The notes beneath the pieces were generated by a model. That model ran no database searches, was not told the DNA's origin, and saw nothing but the letters and a program-made list of their open reading frames with translations. The position numbers and the translations under genes were made by a program. A stretch of DNA of 64,000 nt, from NCBI GenBank assembly GCA_013239625.1, contig MU054166.1:281035-345034 (forward strand). The letters run 5' to 3'. Position 1 is the first letter of the stretch, and every line of letters starts with the position of its first letter. Positions 12,827 through 26,189 of the stretch are shown in pieces. This DNA comes from Lama guanicoe (taxonomy: Eukaryota).

Positions 12827-15672
12827 GTTTTGCAATGGAAATTCAATCCTGACAAAGACTTGATTTTGGATAACAATGTTGTGTTTTCTCATGGTTGCAT
12901 TATGGTATGTGAGTATAATCCCTGAGATCCACAACAAATATTCTTGCTCACGTGCTGGGTAAAGAAGTGTAAAGGTTCTGCATTATTAGGACTGAGGACT
13001 GCTTTCAAAATGATGACTATGCACACTATATTCCAAGTAGTACAAGGAAAAAAGTTTATGGCAATTTCAACTTGAACGGGAATAAGTCAGTGCTTTAGTC
13101 TCTATAAAATAGTCAACAGGTGTTCAAAGCCAAAATAAGTTGTGTCAACAATGAGGATTAAAAGAAAAAACCTAGACATAAGCTTAAATTAAAAAGGAGA
13201 CACAGTCCAGTGCTGGGCTCTGGGGGCTGTAGAATTTGTATGCCTCAGTCCAATTCAAGGGTTCAGTGGTTTGGCCCTAGCATCAGCTAGGGATTCAATG
13301 AACAGGTAACAATTAGCATACTGGGAGAAATATAATCTACCTCTCCCTGATCTGAAGAAAATCTGGTGGCTCAATGAAACTCTTAATTCACAGAGATTCT
13401 GACAGTTGCAGAGGAATAATTCACTGATGACTCAACTAAGACAAACTTTGATACTGCTTAACAAACCATTTTCACACACACACACAGTGGTAGACACATT
13501 TGTAGTATTTAGTGGGAAGAATTCAGTGGGCAGAGCTCAGAGAACAGTTTTCAAAACACCAGCCAACTTTTGTACTTTTGCCAATAGTCTAGTTTCTCCC
13601 AAGTAGAAAACTACAGATGGAAAATCAAATAATATACTTCCTTAGAATTTCTAATTTTGAAAATAAAGTGTAGCTTCTGACTTATCACTATAGAACCTTG
13701 TTAAGATGATCACGGTAAGACCCACTGTCTGATAAGAGAGATGGAAACTAGCTGCTGAAGCAGTGNNNNNNNNNNNNNNNACTGCTAATGAAGAAGATAG
13801 CCACCTTCTGAGTTCAGCTGACAAACTTAAAAGCTTGATGCTTCTGTTGTAGGAACAACCACTGCTCTCCAGACACATTTCTCCAGCTGCAAGTGGGCAC
13901 TTTTCTTCTCTTGGTAAAGATCATATTGGTAGGATGTTGTTAGAGCTTTCCCTGGCCGATTTGCCAATTCTCCAGATAATCAAAGGCTTTCTTCACAAAT
14001 GGTGACACATTGTCAGGACTCAATTTTACCATTACAACCTTATCAGCTGACACTAGCTGCATCATTGTGAGCAGAAGCCTTAGGCTCCCTGACCTTGCCT
14101 ACAAATTTTCCAGCATTTCAGGGCATTTCACATTCTGAAAATGCTTCACCTTTTATTTTAAATTTATGGGAAATAGTCAAAGTCTTCCATGAATATTTTA
14201 TATTTCGAATATCAGCAGAAATTTGGTATTCTTGCAGTTTGAAAAATTTTTAATTCTGCCACCCTCACCTCCTTCTAGTCTACACATTTTAGATTGCAAT
14301 TTTGTTAATGAATACCACCATCCCAACCAATGGGAGAGTACCACATAGATACTTACTTTGTGAAGGTTAGAAGGGGCACAAGTTATGTGGGGTGTATAAA
14401 CCTACATTAAATATTTGCAATGGCACTGTCTCTTCTGGACAAAACTCTGATTCTAAGAAGTAAATTAATCATAAGGCAGTATAATTATTGGTATGGGGAA
14501 GAGAATGAGCTCTTTTGGGGTGGGTGGGTGATGAAGAGACAGGAAAAAATCCAACAAATGAGAATGGAATGCTTTAGTCCTCTGGAGGAATGAATTAAGA
14601 AGAAAATACTACTTTGTCTCCTGTACCTAACTCCACTTACTTTCTTGAGTGAATATTCCTTGGGCTATGAAAGATATAGTTTTTGGTGAAGAGTAAAGAC
14701 CATAAAGAAATAGTTTGAAAACCATGAGAGTTTTGTTGTTTCAGGAAAGTAGATTTGGCTTAAAGTCAACATGTATTTTTCATTCACTTAATTCTGAGAT
14801 GCATCCGGTGGCATGTGCTGTGCTTACTGTGCTGGTATCCAAGTTAGACAAGGAAAGGGGAATACACACAATACATCTGGAGGAGGTGGCTTCTGTTCTG
14901 AGACTGGGAAAGTCTTTGAAGGTTAAAGGAGGACACCCAAAGTCCATGGATGAGTTGGAGTAAAAGTGTTGAGGTTGGAACTAACATAGCTGACAATCAT
15001 TTGCCTGGATATATCTCCAGATTCAGTGAAACCCAAAGATATGTCAACGGAGACAGTTGCCAGATTTATAAAGAAATCACTAAACTAAGTTTATTTTGTG
15101 GGCTTAGAGTTGGAAAGGCGTTAATTGCCACCCTGTGGACATAAACATGTCTTTGGCTGAAACGTAAAAGCAACATAAAGTATTGACTAGAAAATATAGT
15201 GTAGACTCTTGAGGGCAGGGAATTAAAGCACCAATTGGAATGCTTTGAGAACAGCCCAAAGAAGATCATAGGTAAAATTACTTCTTAAATTCTACCACAT
15301 CTGAATTTGCCATCTTGAGACTATATCATGTGAACTTTGATTCCAGGGATGACATAATAGAGACCATGATCCCTGGGCCAGTTCCTGCATTTATCTCCTG
15401 TTCCAACCTATCCTAACTTAATACTTTTCATACTTTCCAGAATGAACCAGAAACCACTTAGTACATTTCCTTCTCTCCATGTTTTAGTCTTTTTCCAAAT
15501 TCTTCCACTTTCTCTTCCTCCTTACAAGAAATTATTAAAATTTACTCACATATTGTTCCATCAAATGATCATATCAGTCAAATATATCTTTTTTCTTTAA
15601 ATGTTAACTTAATCTCCCATTTAACTCTTAAATCTATTTAAAAAATAAGGTAAATAAAGGTACACATCTATG

Positions 15673-15678
15673 TTTATT
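15673..15678 (-). terminator. Polyadenylation signal AATAAA of HSFY copy 1
   Basis: tttatt on the plus strand ~94 bp past the stop; present at the same offset in copy 2. Confidence 0.65.
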
Positions 15679-15771
15679 GTTCAAATAAGAAAATTGCAGA
15701 TATTTGTTGACATTTGCCAACATCAATTTTAATCTTTGTTATCCTGCATAATCAGGTTGTCCTCTGGTAGA

Positions 15772-17440
15772 TCAGTTGTATTTAGGATGACGTTCATAAA
15801 CTGAAGATGGCTGATGAGTTAGCCTTGAACGAGAGGTAGCTGATTTATCAGCTGTCACTGACACTGGAAACCATGCATTTCTTCCTGGTTGAAGTTTAGT
15901 AAAACGACCTTCATTAGCTGATATGTTGTGATATCTATTTTGAAAAGTAGAAGTCTCCACAATCAGTCCAAAATAATTACTCTGTATGGGAGGCAGGATG
16001 CTGAACTGAGAAGTAGAATTTGTAGTTGAAATGAACTTCACAACACGGCCATTTCCTTCAGTGTAGCTGCTTTGAGAGTGCCCATGGACAATGTTCAACT
16101 GATTTAAAATAGCATGTTGATCCACTGCAATTTTTGCTGGTGGTCTAACTGACCTTGATGATGGAGGAGAAAAATCACCTCTGATCAGGTTAGTTGTATC
16201 ACCAATTATGTGGCTAGTAGAGGGCTTCCTTATTAGAGGCATGTTTAATTGTCAAAAGGTAAAAATGCACTTTCTCCACTACTGTCAGCCACAAAACAAG
16301 AATTATGACTATCCACATTACCCTCTGCTTTAAAGTGCTTCTTGTTGAAATCTACAGCCAATTAAGATACCAGAGAGGAATTTTGAATCCCAACTCTTCT
16401 TTTTATTCTCATTAAACCAGGGGAAAGCCTCGTTTAAAATTTGGATTATGGTGGAACTGCAGCTACAACCAAAGAGAAAAATTTTAGTTATATTTTAAAC
16501 CAAAATATAGGACTAAATTAAGCCTAACCTATAAAATATCAGATTTCACATTTACAATGCAAAGAAAATATGATGAAAATATGAACATTGCTGACTTTTT
16601 TTTTGGAATTCCTTATTTGTAAAATACACATTTAAGTAGTATAGTCATCAAATTTAAGAAGTTAGCGTTTGCAATAATGGTGAATTCCACTTTTCACAAG
16701 CAGCTTTAATACCTTTATTTAGATTTCTGATAAGATTCATAGTTGCAAGCAGAGTTTCTCATAATCTTGAATACTTAAGTCACTGTCCTCATTTTTGGAA
16801 AAAATAAAGAATTTTAGCCTTAGTAGTTTTATACAATTTTCAAAATATAGCTTTACATGTATATTACCATAGATTGATGTACAAAATAAAATTTTATTTA
16901 TGTTACCAAGTGCTAACTAAAATTTCTGAATACCTTGCTTAAAACAGAGACTTCTTTTTCTTCTGCCAGAAAGTCAGCTAGACGAGCAAACTTTGAAAAT
17001 TTTGCTGCACTTTACTAAACCAATAAAGTCAAGCTGTCTAACTAAACTTTTCATAATTCCAGTTTCAAATATTCTGAAAGGGGCCTTTCTTTCCAAAACT
17101 TCCTTCTTAAAGACATCTTCATCAATCACTATGAATGTTCCATTATCATCCCACCAGATGGATTTATATTGGTCACTCCCAGCCATTTTCCAGACTTTTC
17201 TTGGAAATGTCAGAGAACGAAAATCATTATCTTCATCTGGTTCAGAGACACAATGTGTGTAACATGGCCTTTTTATCAAGGATTCTTCAGACAAAGTCTG
17301 AAAAGCATTTTCTTCAATCATAGACCTCAAGTCCACGTCCCCAGAGAATGATCACACAATAGAGATCTACTGGAGTTTCCTTAACCAGTTGGTCCAACTT
17401 TAGGAGACACATCTTGAATTTCTGAAAAAACATGTGCCAT
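15772..17440 (-). pseudogene. HSFY: HSFY pseudogene copy 1 (exon 1 17440-16934, 471-bp intron 16933-16463, exon 2 16462-15772)
   Basis: Starts MAHVFSEIQDVSPK. HSF DNA-binding domain motifs FPRKVWKM, IWWDDNG, MKSLVRQL and HNPNFKRG. Ends ...YERHPKYN*. GT/AG intron. Lesions: TAA 17381-17383, 4-bp deletion ~17350, 1-bp deletions ~17028, ~16990, ~16414 and ~16247, TAA 16362-16364. Confidence 0.95.
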
Positions 17441-17571
17441 CTCAATTAACTTTTCTACAGCTACTTTTCTAATCTGCATGATTTTGAGCACTGCAGCTTC
17501 AAATGCTTCTTTGTCAGGCCTGCACAGATAAACTGCTAGGCCATCACAATGGTTCTCAAACTGAGTAGCTG

Positions 17572-17579
17572 TGACATTA
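17572..17579. promoter_or_regulatory. Degenerate CRE-like motif TGACATTA upstream of HSFY copy 1
   Basis: ~132 bp upstream of the ATG; paralog of TGACATCA at 52208-52215. Confidence 0.3.
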
Positions 17580-18759
17580 CAAAACGCCTGGTCTCCTAGC
17601 CACTCAAGTGTAACATTCAGCCAGTGTTTCCTTCTCATTCATCTAGTTAAAATGAAACAAATGGGATGCTATTTTTATAGTGTGATCTGCAAATAGTATC
17701 CCCACAAAATCTTTTTAAATAATTTAATTTTGGGGTCTATCAAATAAAACCTATCTCCATACTTTTGTATGCAAATTTTTACAACATTTGTGAACAGAGT
17801 ATAAATAAGGCAAAAAATATATAAAATAATTTTAAAGTTTTGGAATCTAAAGTGAAATTTGCGTAAAACCTGTACAGAAAATGTATAACAATTTCATGAT
17901 CATTTGTTATTAAAGTGAAACATAATTTTGTTTGGAAATGGAAGTAAGTATTTGTCTGTGTACTTTACACTAAGTAGATCTATATATAAAACTTGGGAAG
18001 AATAAATATCAGTTTATTTGATATGTTTATAAATTAATGTTAAATATTTATAAAATAATATTAAAGTAAAATAATGAATCAAATTTTTGAAATCCCAAAG
18101 GGGGAAATTTTGATTTAAATTTTAATTCAGTGCTATAAGTAAAACAAATGTTATTGAATATTCTACAATAAAAATTACAAAAGAGACAATTTTATTGTAT
18201 ATTTACAAATGTTTGTTTTTGCCATTCTTTCAGTCAGAGGTTTTTCAGTCCGTAGAAGGAATAAATTTTCTTGTCATCTTTATGATCCATACACATGTGG
18301 CTTCTTTATGTGTTCCAAAATGTTGTCAATAAATACACTTACACACAAGATCCTGGGTTCAATAAGCAGTGCCTCCATTAAGGGACAAACAAGCAATCAA
18401 AAAACACAGAAATTACAGTATATGTGGGTTGGGGTGGGAAAGAACATGTAATGCATTTTCGGAAGCAATATATTTCTCAGTCCTGAAACAGTTGGCATTG
18501 TTTATATAATACGGCATTTTAAGGCAAGTGTTTTGTTCACTAATTGTAAATAATAGCTATGTTCTTTATCAATTAGCTGTAGTAAATCCATTTCAACCAA
18601 AAGTTATATTATTTATTTAGAAATAAATTCCATTAAGGATAAGACAAATTCAAAATGAGAGATAATATTTTTAAATAAATAAATGTAAAATCAAGCAAAA
18701 ATGTAAATTTTTCCTTCAGTATCTGTAAATTCCATTCTAAATAAACATTAACAAGCTGA

Positions 18760-19510
18760 ATTCATGCCATTATATAAGTATTATAAACTGTAGTTAAGTT
18801 GGATTTAGTCCTGATTCAGAAATATTATTTAACATATGCAAATTTGTATATGTGATAACATCCCTTATAAAACAAAGAAATGAAAAATAACAATTTCAAA
18901 AAATGTAGGAAAATTATTGACAAATGTGATCTTAAAATTTTTATAAAAATATTATTTACAAATTCGCTCTAGATAGAATATAACTAAAGATTAAATAAGC
19001 CATATATGAAAAACCCATGGCTAACTTCAAGTTCAATGTTAACATACAGGAACGCTTTCCTCTGGTCCAGTAATAAGAAAAAGTAGCTCATTTTCACAAG
19101 TCCTAAATTACACTACTAGAAGTCCTAGCCAGAACATCTAGTCAAGAAAAAATATAGAAGGTATCCAACTTGTAATAAAGCAGGAAAGTATTTATAGTTG
19201 ACTTAATTATACATAGATAGAAAACTCCATAGACTCCTCCAGGGATTGTTAGTAATAATGAACAAACTTAGTAAACTTGCAGAATACAAAATCAATATAC
19301 AAATATCGGTTGCATTTTTATATAGCAGCAACACATTATCAGAAAGAGAAATTAGGAAAACACTTGTGTGTAAATTTATACCAAAAAGAATAAAATAGGA
19401 ATACATTTGGTAAGTGAAATAAAAGATCTAAACATAGATCTATATATTACAGGTGCAAGAAAAATAAGTAAATAAATTAAATATAAAGATATTCTGTGCT
19501 CATTGATTGT
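18760..19510 (+). mobile_element. Old LINE-1 ORF2 RT fragment
   Basis: Degenerate RT motifs: agaagtcctagccaga, gcagaatacaaaatcaatatacaaatatcggttgcattt. Confidence 0.75.
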
Positions 19511-19529
19511 ATACAATGTCAGAAAATAT

Positions 19530-20080
19530 TCTAATCTATCTTTTCAATGTTCAATCTCCCCAGCACTAATTATTGAGGACAATGTCTTTTCTTCATTTTA
19601 TACTCTGGCATTCTTTTTCATGGGTTAATTGATCATAGGTGTGAGGGATTATATCTAGTTTCCCTATTCTCTTCTATTAATTGGTGTCTCTTTTTGAGCC
19701 AGTATCATGTTGTTTTAATTACTAAAGCTTTGTAGGACTGTTTAAAATCAGAGAAATTTACACCATTACATTTAATACTCTTTTTCAAGATTATTTTATC
19801 AACCCATGTTCTTTGTGGTTACATATAAATTTTGAAGTTATTTGTTCTATTTAATGGAAAAATCTCATATGTATTTTGACATGAATCACACTAAATGCAG
19901 ATTCCCTTGTGTACAATGGTTGTTTCAACCACATAGTTTCACATCATTAACATAAGAGATCTTTTCATTTCTTTGGATTAGTTTTAATTTCCTTAACCAA
20001 TGTTTTCTGTTTTTTAATGTATAGGTTTTCACCTTATTTGTTAACTTCATATCTAGGTTGTCTTTACATATATATATAAT
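19530..20080 (-). mobile_element. Old LINE-1 ORF2 fragment
   Basis: Antisense ORF2 C-terminal-half motifs (cccagcactaattattgagg, gagccagtatcatgttgttttaattact). Confidence 0.7.
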
Positions 20081-20094
20081 TACATACGTAATAT

Positions 20095-23000
20095 TTGTAA
20101 ACTCATTTCCTACAAAAATACAGCAGGTGGAAGGCAGTGGCAAGACATATTCAAATTCCTGACTGAAAGAAATCTGTAATCTAAGATACTTTATCAAGCA
20201 AGGATATCTTTGAGAATAGAAGGAGAGATAAATAACTTCCACACAAGCAAATACTAAAAGAATTTAGCAAGAGGAAAAGAAATAATGAAAGATCTACTCT
20301 AAATACAAAAGAAGCAGGATGCTATAGAAAAGAGAAATGCATAATTAGAAAGGCAATATCTACAATGACTTACAACAGAATAAATATGTTGTTGTAAACA
20401 AGACATTAAAATTTTTAAGGGTCACAGATTGAAACAGGACAATACACAGTATTTTCTTCTTGTTTCTCTTCTCTGTAGGATGGGTATGAGTATGTATTCT
20501 TATCAGTTAAATAAACAGATATAGTACGGGTCATTATAAATACAAAACAAGGTAACCATAAGTCAAAAGCTAACAATGAATACACAAAGCCAAAAAGAAA
20601 CCAAGATAATAAAAGAAAGCTTATCACGCCACAAAAAGAAAAAGCAATGAGCAAATAGGAAATACCTAATCAACTGGAAAATGAAGTTCAAAATGGAAGT
20701 AAACACCAGTCTATGAATAATTATCACAATTCTTAATGGACTTAGGGCTTCAATCAAAAGATATATAGTCTGATGTGATAATATAACAAGACCCTACATT
20801 ATGAAGCATACAAGAGACCCAATTTAGTAAGAGGAAAACAAATCAATTGAAAGTCAGAAGATGGAAGAATATATTCCATGCAAATGTACGTGACAAGAAA
20901 GCAGGACTAGCAGTACAGACTTCATTCAAAATAGACTTTACAAGAAAGGCCACTGAGAAAGATAAACAAGGACATGATATAATGATTAAAGGAGCAATAA
21001 AAAATGAGAGTTTTATACTCATTAAAATATATGCACTCAATATAGGAGCACCTATATACATAAAGCAAATACTAATAGATAAAACGAGAGAAATCACTGG
21101 GAACATAATCACAATAGGAGACTCTAGCACCCCGTTACCACCACTGGACTGGGCTTTCATACACAAAATTAATAAGGGAACAAACATACTAAAATTTATG
21201 ATAAAATAATTGGAGATGGTTGATAATTCCAAAACAGTACTTCTCCCAAAATTAGAATATACATTCTTTTCCAGTGCACATGGAACATTTTCAAGGAAAC
21301 ATTATGAACTCAGGCACAGAAGAAGCCTCAACAAATTTAAGAAGATAAAATTTATTTCAAGCATCTTTTCTGAGTATAATACCATGAAACAAAAATCAAT
21401 CACAGAAAAATGGGGAGAAAAAATGACAGCATCCAGATTAAAAAACATGGTACAATAACAAAGGGGGTAGTTGATCATGTAAAAGAAGAAATTAAAAAAT
21501 ATCTTGAGAAATATGACAAAACACTACACAAAGTCTTTTGAATACAGTTAAAGCAGGCTTAAGGGGGAAATTAATAGTGACAATCCCTCCTTAAAGTAGA
21601 AGTACAATTTAAAATAAATAATCTAACTTTCTATGTAAACTAATCATGAAAAGAAGAGCGAACAAAACCAAAAGTAGGCAGAAAGGGGGAAAAAATAAAG
21701 ATAAATGAGCAAACAATTTAAATAAATATTAAAAAATAGAAAAAAATCAATCAAACTCTTCTTTGAAATTTTAAACAAAATTGACAAATCTCTGGACAGG
21801 ATCACCAACAAGAAAAATGAGAGAACACAAATAATATAAGAAATGAAAATGGAGAAAGTACAAAGAGTACAACAAATTTACAAAATATCATAAGGGAATA
21901 CCATGAGCAACCGTATGGAAACAAACTTGATAACCAGGAAGAAATGGAGAAATTTTTGGAAACATTCAGCCCACCAATATTGCATCAAGAAGAAATTAAC
22001 AATTTTAACATACAGATCACCAGAAATGGAATAGAAATATCAATAAAATAAAAAATCTCTGCAAATTCAAACCCAAATAGCTTCACTGGGGAATTTGACC
22101 AAACCTACAAAGAAAAATCCATACCAATCCTCCTAACACTCTTCCAAAAGTTTGATGTTTAGACAGAACTCCCAAACTCACATCATAAGGCCAACAACAA
22201 CCTGATACCAAAACAAGACAATGACACCACCCCAAATAGAAATGTATAGGCCAATATCATTGATAAACATAGATGTAAAAGTCCTTAAGTAATTATTAAC
22301 AAACACAATCCAACATCATGCAAAAAAAAGATCATGCACCATGGTCAAATTATGTTCATCCCAGGAACACAAGAATGATTGAACATATGCAAATGAATCA
22401 ATCAATTGTGATACAACATATCAACAAAAGAGAAGACAAAAACTATATGATCATCTCAGTAGATGAAGAAAAAGCATTTGATAAAATTTAACAACTATTT
22501 GCATTAAAATTTCTTATCACAATGGGCATAGAGGGACCATATCTCAACAAAATGAAAGCTATTTATGATGAACATATAGCCAGCAAAATACTCAAAGGTG
22601 AAAAACTGAAACCCTTCCCACAAAATCCTGTGACAAGACAAGGATGCCCATTCTCAAAATTTCAATTCAAATTAGTCTTGGAATTCCTATCCACAACGAT
22701 CAGGCGGGGAAAATAATAAAAGTATTGAGACTGGAAAAGAAGAGGTAAAATTGTCATGATATGCAGAAATGACACTATATAGAGAAAACTGTAAAAGTTT
22801 CACAAAAAAATACTTAGGCTAAAAAAGGAACTGGGCAAGTTAGTCAGAATAATCTACAAAAACCAATCACATTTCTTTACTCTACCATTGAATCAACAGG
22901 ATAACAAATTATAGAAACAACCCCTTTTATAACTGCACCCAAAACTATAAAATGCTTAAGAATACTGTGACCAAAAAACACTGATTGAGGAAATCAAGAA

Positions 23001-24790
23001 AGATTTGAATAATTGGAAAGATAACCAATGGTCCCGTAATGGAAGAAATAATATTGTTAAAATGGCCATAATGCCCAAGGTAATCCACAGAATTAAACTG
23101 AGTTCCTATCAAATTATGCAAAACATTTCTTTTAAGGACTGAAATAAATGATCATAAGATTTATATAGAATCAAAAAAGATCCCTAATTTCCACAACGAT
23201 ATTGAAGACAAATAAAGAGGCTGGAGCAATAACCCGCCTGGTCTCCATACACTATTGCAGAACTACAATAATCAAAATGACATGATATTGGTACAAAAAC
23301 AGGCATATGGACCAATGGAACAGAATAGAGAGCCTAGGAATAAATCTAAAGGTCTATGTTCAATTAATATTTGACAGAGTAGCCAAGAATATGACAGAGA
23401 AAAGACCACCTCTTCACCAACTGGTGTTGGGAAAACTGGATAGCAGCATCAGAGCAATGGAGTTAGAAAAATCCTTCACTCCATACACAAGAAAAAACTC
23501 AAAATGGCTTGAAGAATTCAATGTAAGGCAATACACAGTAAATCTCCTAGAAGAAAACATAGGCAAAACACTCTGAGATAAATCTCAGCAATGATCTCCT
23601 AGAACAGCCTATCCAGGTAATGGATGTAAGAGCAAAATTAATAAATGGGACCTAATTAAACTTATAAGCTTTTGCACAGCAAATGGAACCATAAACAAAG
23701 CAAAATGACAACCTACAGGATTAAAGAAAATATTTAGAAATGATGCAACTGACAAAGGCTAAATTTTCAAAATATAAAGAATTCATACAGCCTAATAATA
23801 ATAATAAAAAAACAAAGAAACCCAATCTGAAAATGGGCAGAAGCCCTAAACAAGCAATTCTCCAATAGAGACATAAAAATGCCACACAGATATATGAAAA
23901 AGCAAAAACAATTGCTCACTATCATTATCAGAGAATGGCAATTCAAATCTATAATGAAGTATCACTTCACAATATTAACAATGCACAGTCCACAGACAAT
24001 AAATGCTGGGGAAACTGTGGAGAAATGGAACCCTCCTACACTGTTGGTAGGAATGTAGTTTTGTGCAGTCACCGTGGAAAACAGGATGGGGATTCCTCTA
24101 AAGTATAAAACTTGACTTAACATGTGATCCAGCAATCCCACTTCTGAGTATATATCAAATGGAACCCTATTTCAAAAAGTCACCTGCACCCCAATGTGCT
24201 TAGTTGTGCTATTTACAACAGCCACGACACGGAAGCAACCTAATTGTCCAACAACAGATTATAGTATACAGAAGTTATGCTGTATTTACACAATGGAATA
24301 ATATTCTGCAATAAAAAATGATAAAACAATGACATTTGCAGCAAAATGGATGTCCCCAAAAAGTGTTATTCTAATTGAAGTAAGCCAGAAAGAGAAAGAA
24401 AAATAACACTTGAGATGACATATGTAGAACTTTAAAAACAAAAATTTGGATGTGAACACTATGATTTCATCTACAAAAGTGAATCACACTTGCACATCTA
24501 CTTAATAATCTTATGGTTAATGCAGAAAGGGATGGGTAGAGGATATATTTGGGAGCTGTAGATTTATAAATGTTACCAAATATATATAAAAATAGATGTT
24601 TTCAAAATTTCTTTTGTATGACACAGGGCAGTAAGTTAAATATCGTGATGTAACATTTAATACGCACAGAAATATATGCATGCATGTGATGCTGTGCTTT
24701 ACACCACAGATTGACACATTGTAAATGGCATATTTCAAAGATAAATAAATCAATAAATATGTGAATATACAAATAAATAAAAAAGTAAAA
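20095..24790 (+). mobile_element. LINE-1 from ORF1 C-terminus through ORF2 and 3'UTR, decayed
   Basis: ORF fragments KVRRWKNIFHAN..KKAG (EN), YTFFSSAHGTFS, GIEGPYLN..TRQGCP (RT) and DQWNRIE; 3'UTR with A-rich tail near 24780. Confidence 0.92.
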
Positions 24791-24799
24791 AATATTACT

Positions 24800-25660
24800 T
24801 AATAATAAAAGAAATACAAAGATTCACACTACTTATCTTTACACATCAAGTATCTAACAGAAAACAGGAAGAATATAGAAGAAAATTGAATGAATGAGAG
24901 CAAGGCAAATAACAAGAGAAACAATTGAAAAGATAAAAAAAAACTATACCTAAGTATGTTCCTTTTCAACATTAAGTGGATAAAATTTAGGTTGGCTAAG
25001 AAAATAAAGACTCAAATAAAATTATAAATAAAAGAGCAGATATTACCACTGATGTTGTAGAGATGCATAGCATCATATGAAATTACCACTAGCCACCAAA
25101 TTGAATGACTTTGAACAAAAGACAGAATCCCAGAAACATATGTCTACCGATACTGAATCAAGAAAAAATAAGAAAGTTAAATACAGTAAAAGTGTGTATG
25201 AGTAAATCAACAATCCAAACCTCCCAAATCAGAAAAAATTTACAAGATGACATTACTGGTGAATTCTGTCATATATTTGAAGACAACTTTTCACCAATTC
25301 TTCCTCAAAACTTTCAAGAATTTGAAGGGGGTGAATGATTCCAGAGTTGTTTTATGATGCCAACTTTATTTGCATAACAAAGCTACAAAGGACATTAGAT
25401 GCAAAATATAGAACATAAACCCTGATGAACATATGTGCCAAAATTCTCAACAAAACACAAGCAAAATGAATTCAAAAACACATTTAACGTATCATACACA
25501 TACATGAGTGAAGGGATTTATCCCTGGGTTTAAGGATACTTCAAAGAATTCAAATCAATAAAGGTGACATGTCACACTAATGGAATGAGAAATAAAACTT
25601 ACATAATCATCTCAATAGGTGCAGAAAGAGCGTTATATATAATGCAACATCATTTTAAGG
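24800..25660 (+). mobile_element. LINE-1 ORF2 internal fragment
   Basis: ITGEFCHIF-like motif, gggatttatccctggg and ataatcatctcaataggtgcagaaa. Confidence 0.75.
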
Positions 25661-25683
25661 TACTCCCAAAAATAAATTAACCC

Positions 25684-26117
25684 TGTCATTGGCACGATAT
25701 CATGTAGACACAAACACTACGTGGACAGAAGTGAAGCAGTTCACTGTTTATTGATTCTGAGAAAAAGGGTTTATATAGGACATGCACAATTACTCACATA
25801 TCATCTAAGTTACAACAATCTTAATAATCTTAAACTATTTATGTCCCCATGCTCCTGCAGTAAGCACAGGATGTGAAATTATCAAGGATTGTTTTAAAAT
25901 TCATCTCGCAACTTCATTAAGTATGTCACCTCTTATCCAGCTGGATGTCCCTGACTTAGGTTGTCCTCCTCTGAGGATATTACCCAGCAAAGGTTATCCA
26001 GCCATCCATACTGGATATATTGAATAAGCCATTTCTTATCCAGCCTGGTTATGTGACATTCCTCACAGATTGTTTATCAGTTCAGCCCATGGGCTTATTC
26101 TCTAGAGCCTTCAGACA
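25684..26117 (-). mobile_element. Solo ERV LTR (~434 bp)
   Basis: TG...CA termini. Minus-strand TATATAAA at 25770-25777 followed by AATAAA at 25747-25752. Repeated ttatccagc motifs. Composition differs from the flanking L1s. No clear TSD. Confidence 0.7.
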
Positions 26118-26189
26118 GGGGCCTAAAAACACAACATCCCTAGACAGAAAAATGGATGAAGAAAATTTGATGTATATATGCAATGGAAT

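Noticed and set aside
14860..15000. Possible L2/MIR remnant (ggaggaggtggcttctgttctgagact)
   Set aside because: Resemblance too short to support without a repeat search.
17441..17638. 66-codon in-frame N-terminal extension upstream of the HSFY copy 1 ATG
   Set aside because: Not kept in copy 2, where an extra base puts TAG in frame just upstream of the ATG. It also runs into TAA at 17381-17383.
18760..20080. Adjacent plus and minus L1 fragments as a twin-priming inversion
   Set aside because: The two pieces overlap in ORF2 coverage and lack a poly-A tail and TSD, so separate old insertions are more likely.
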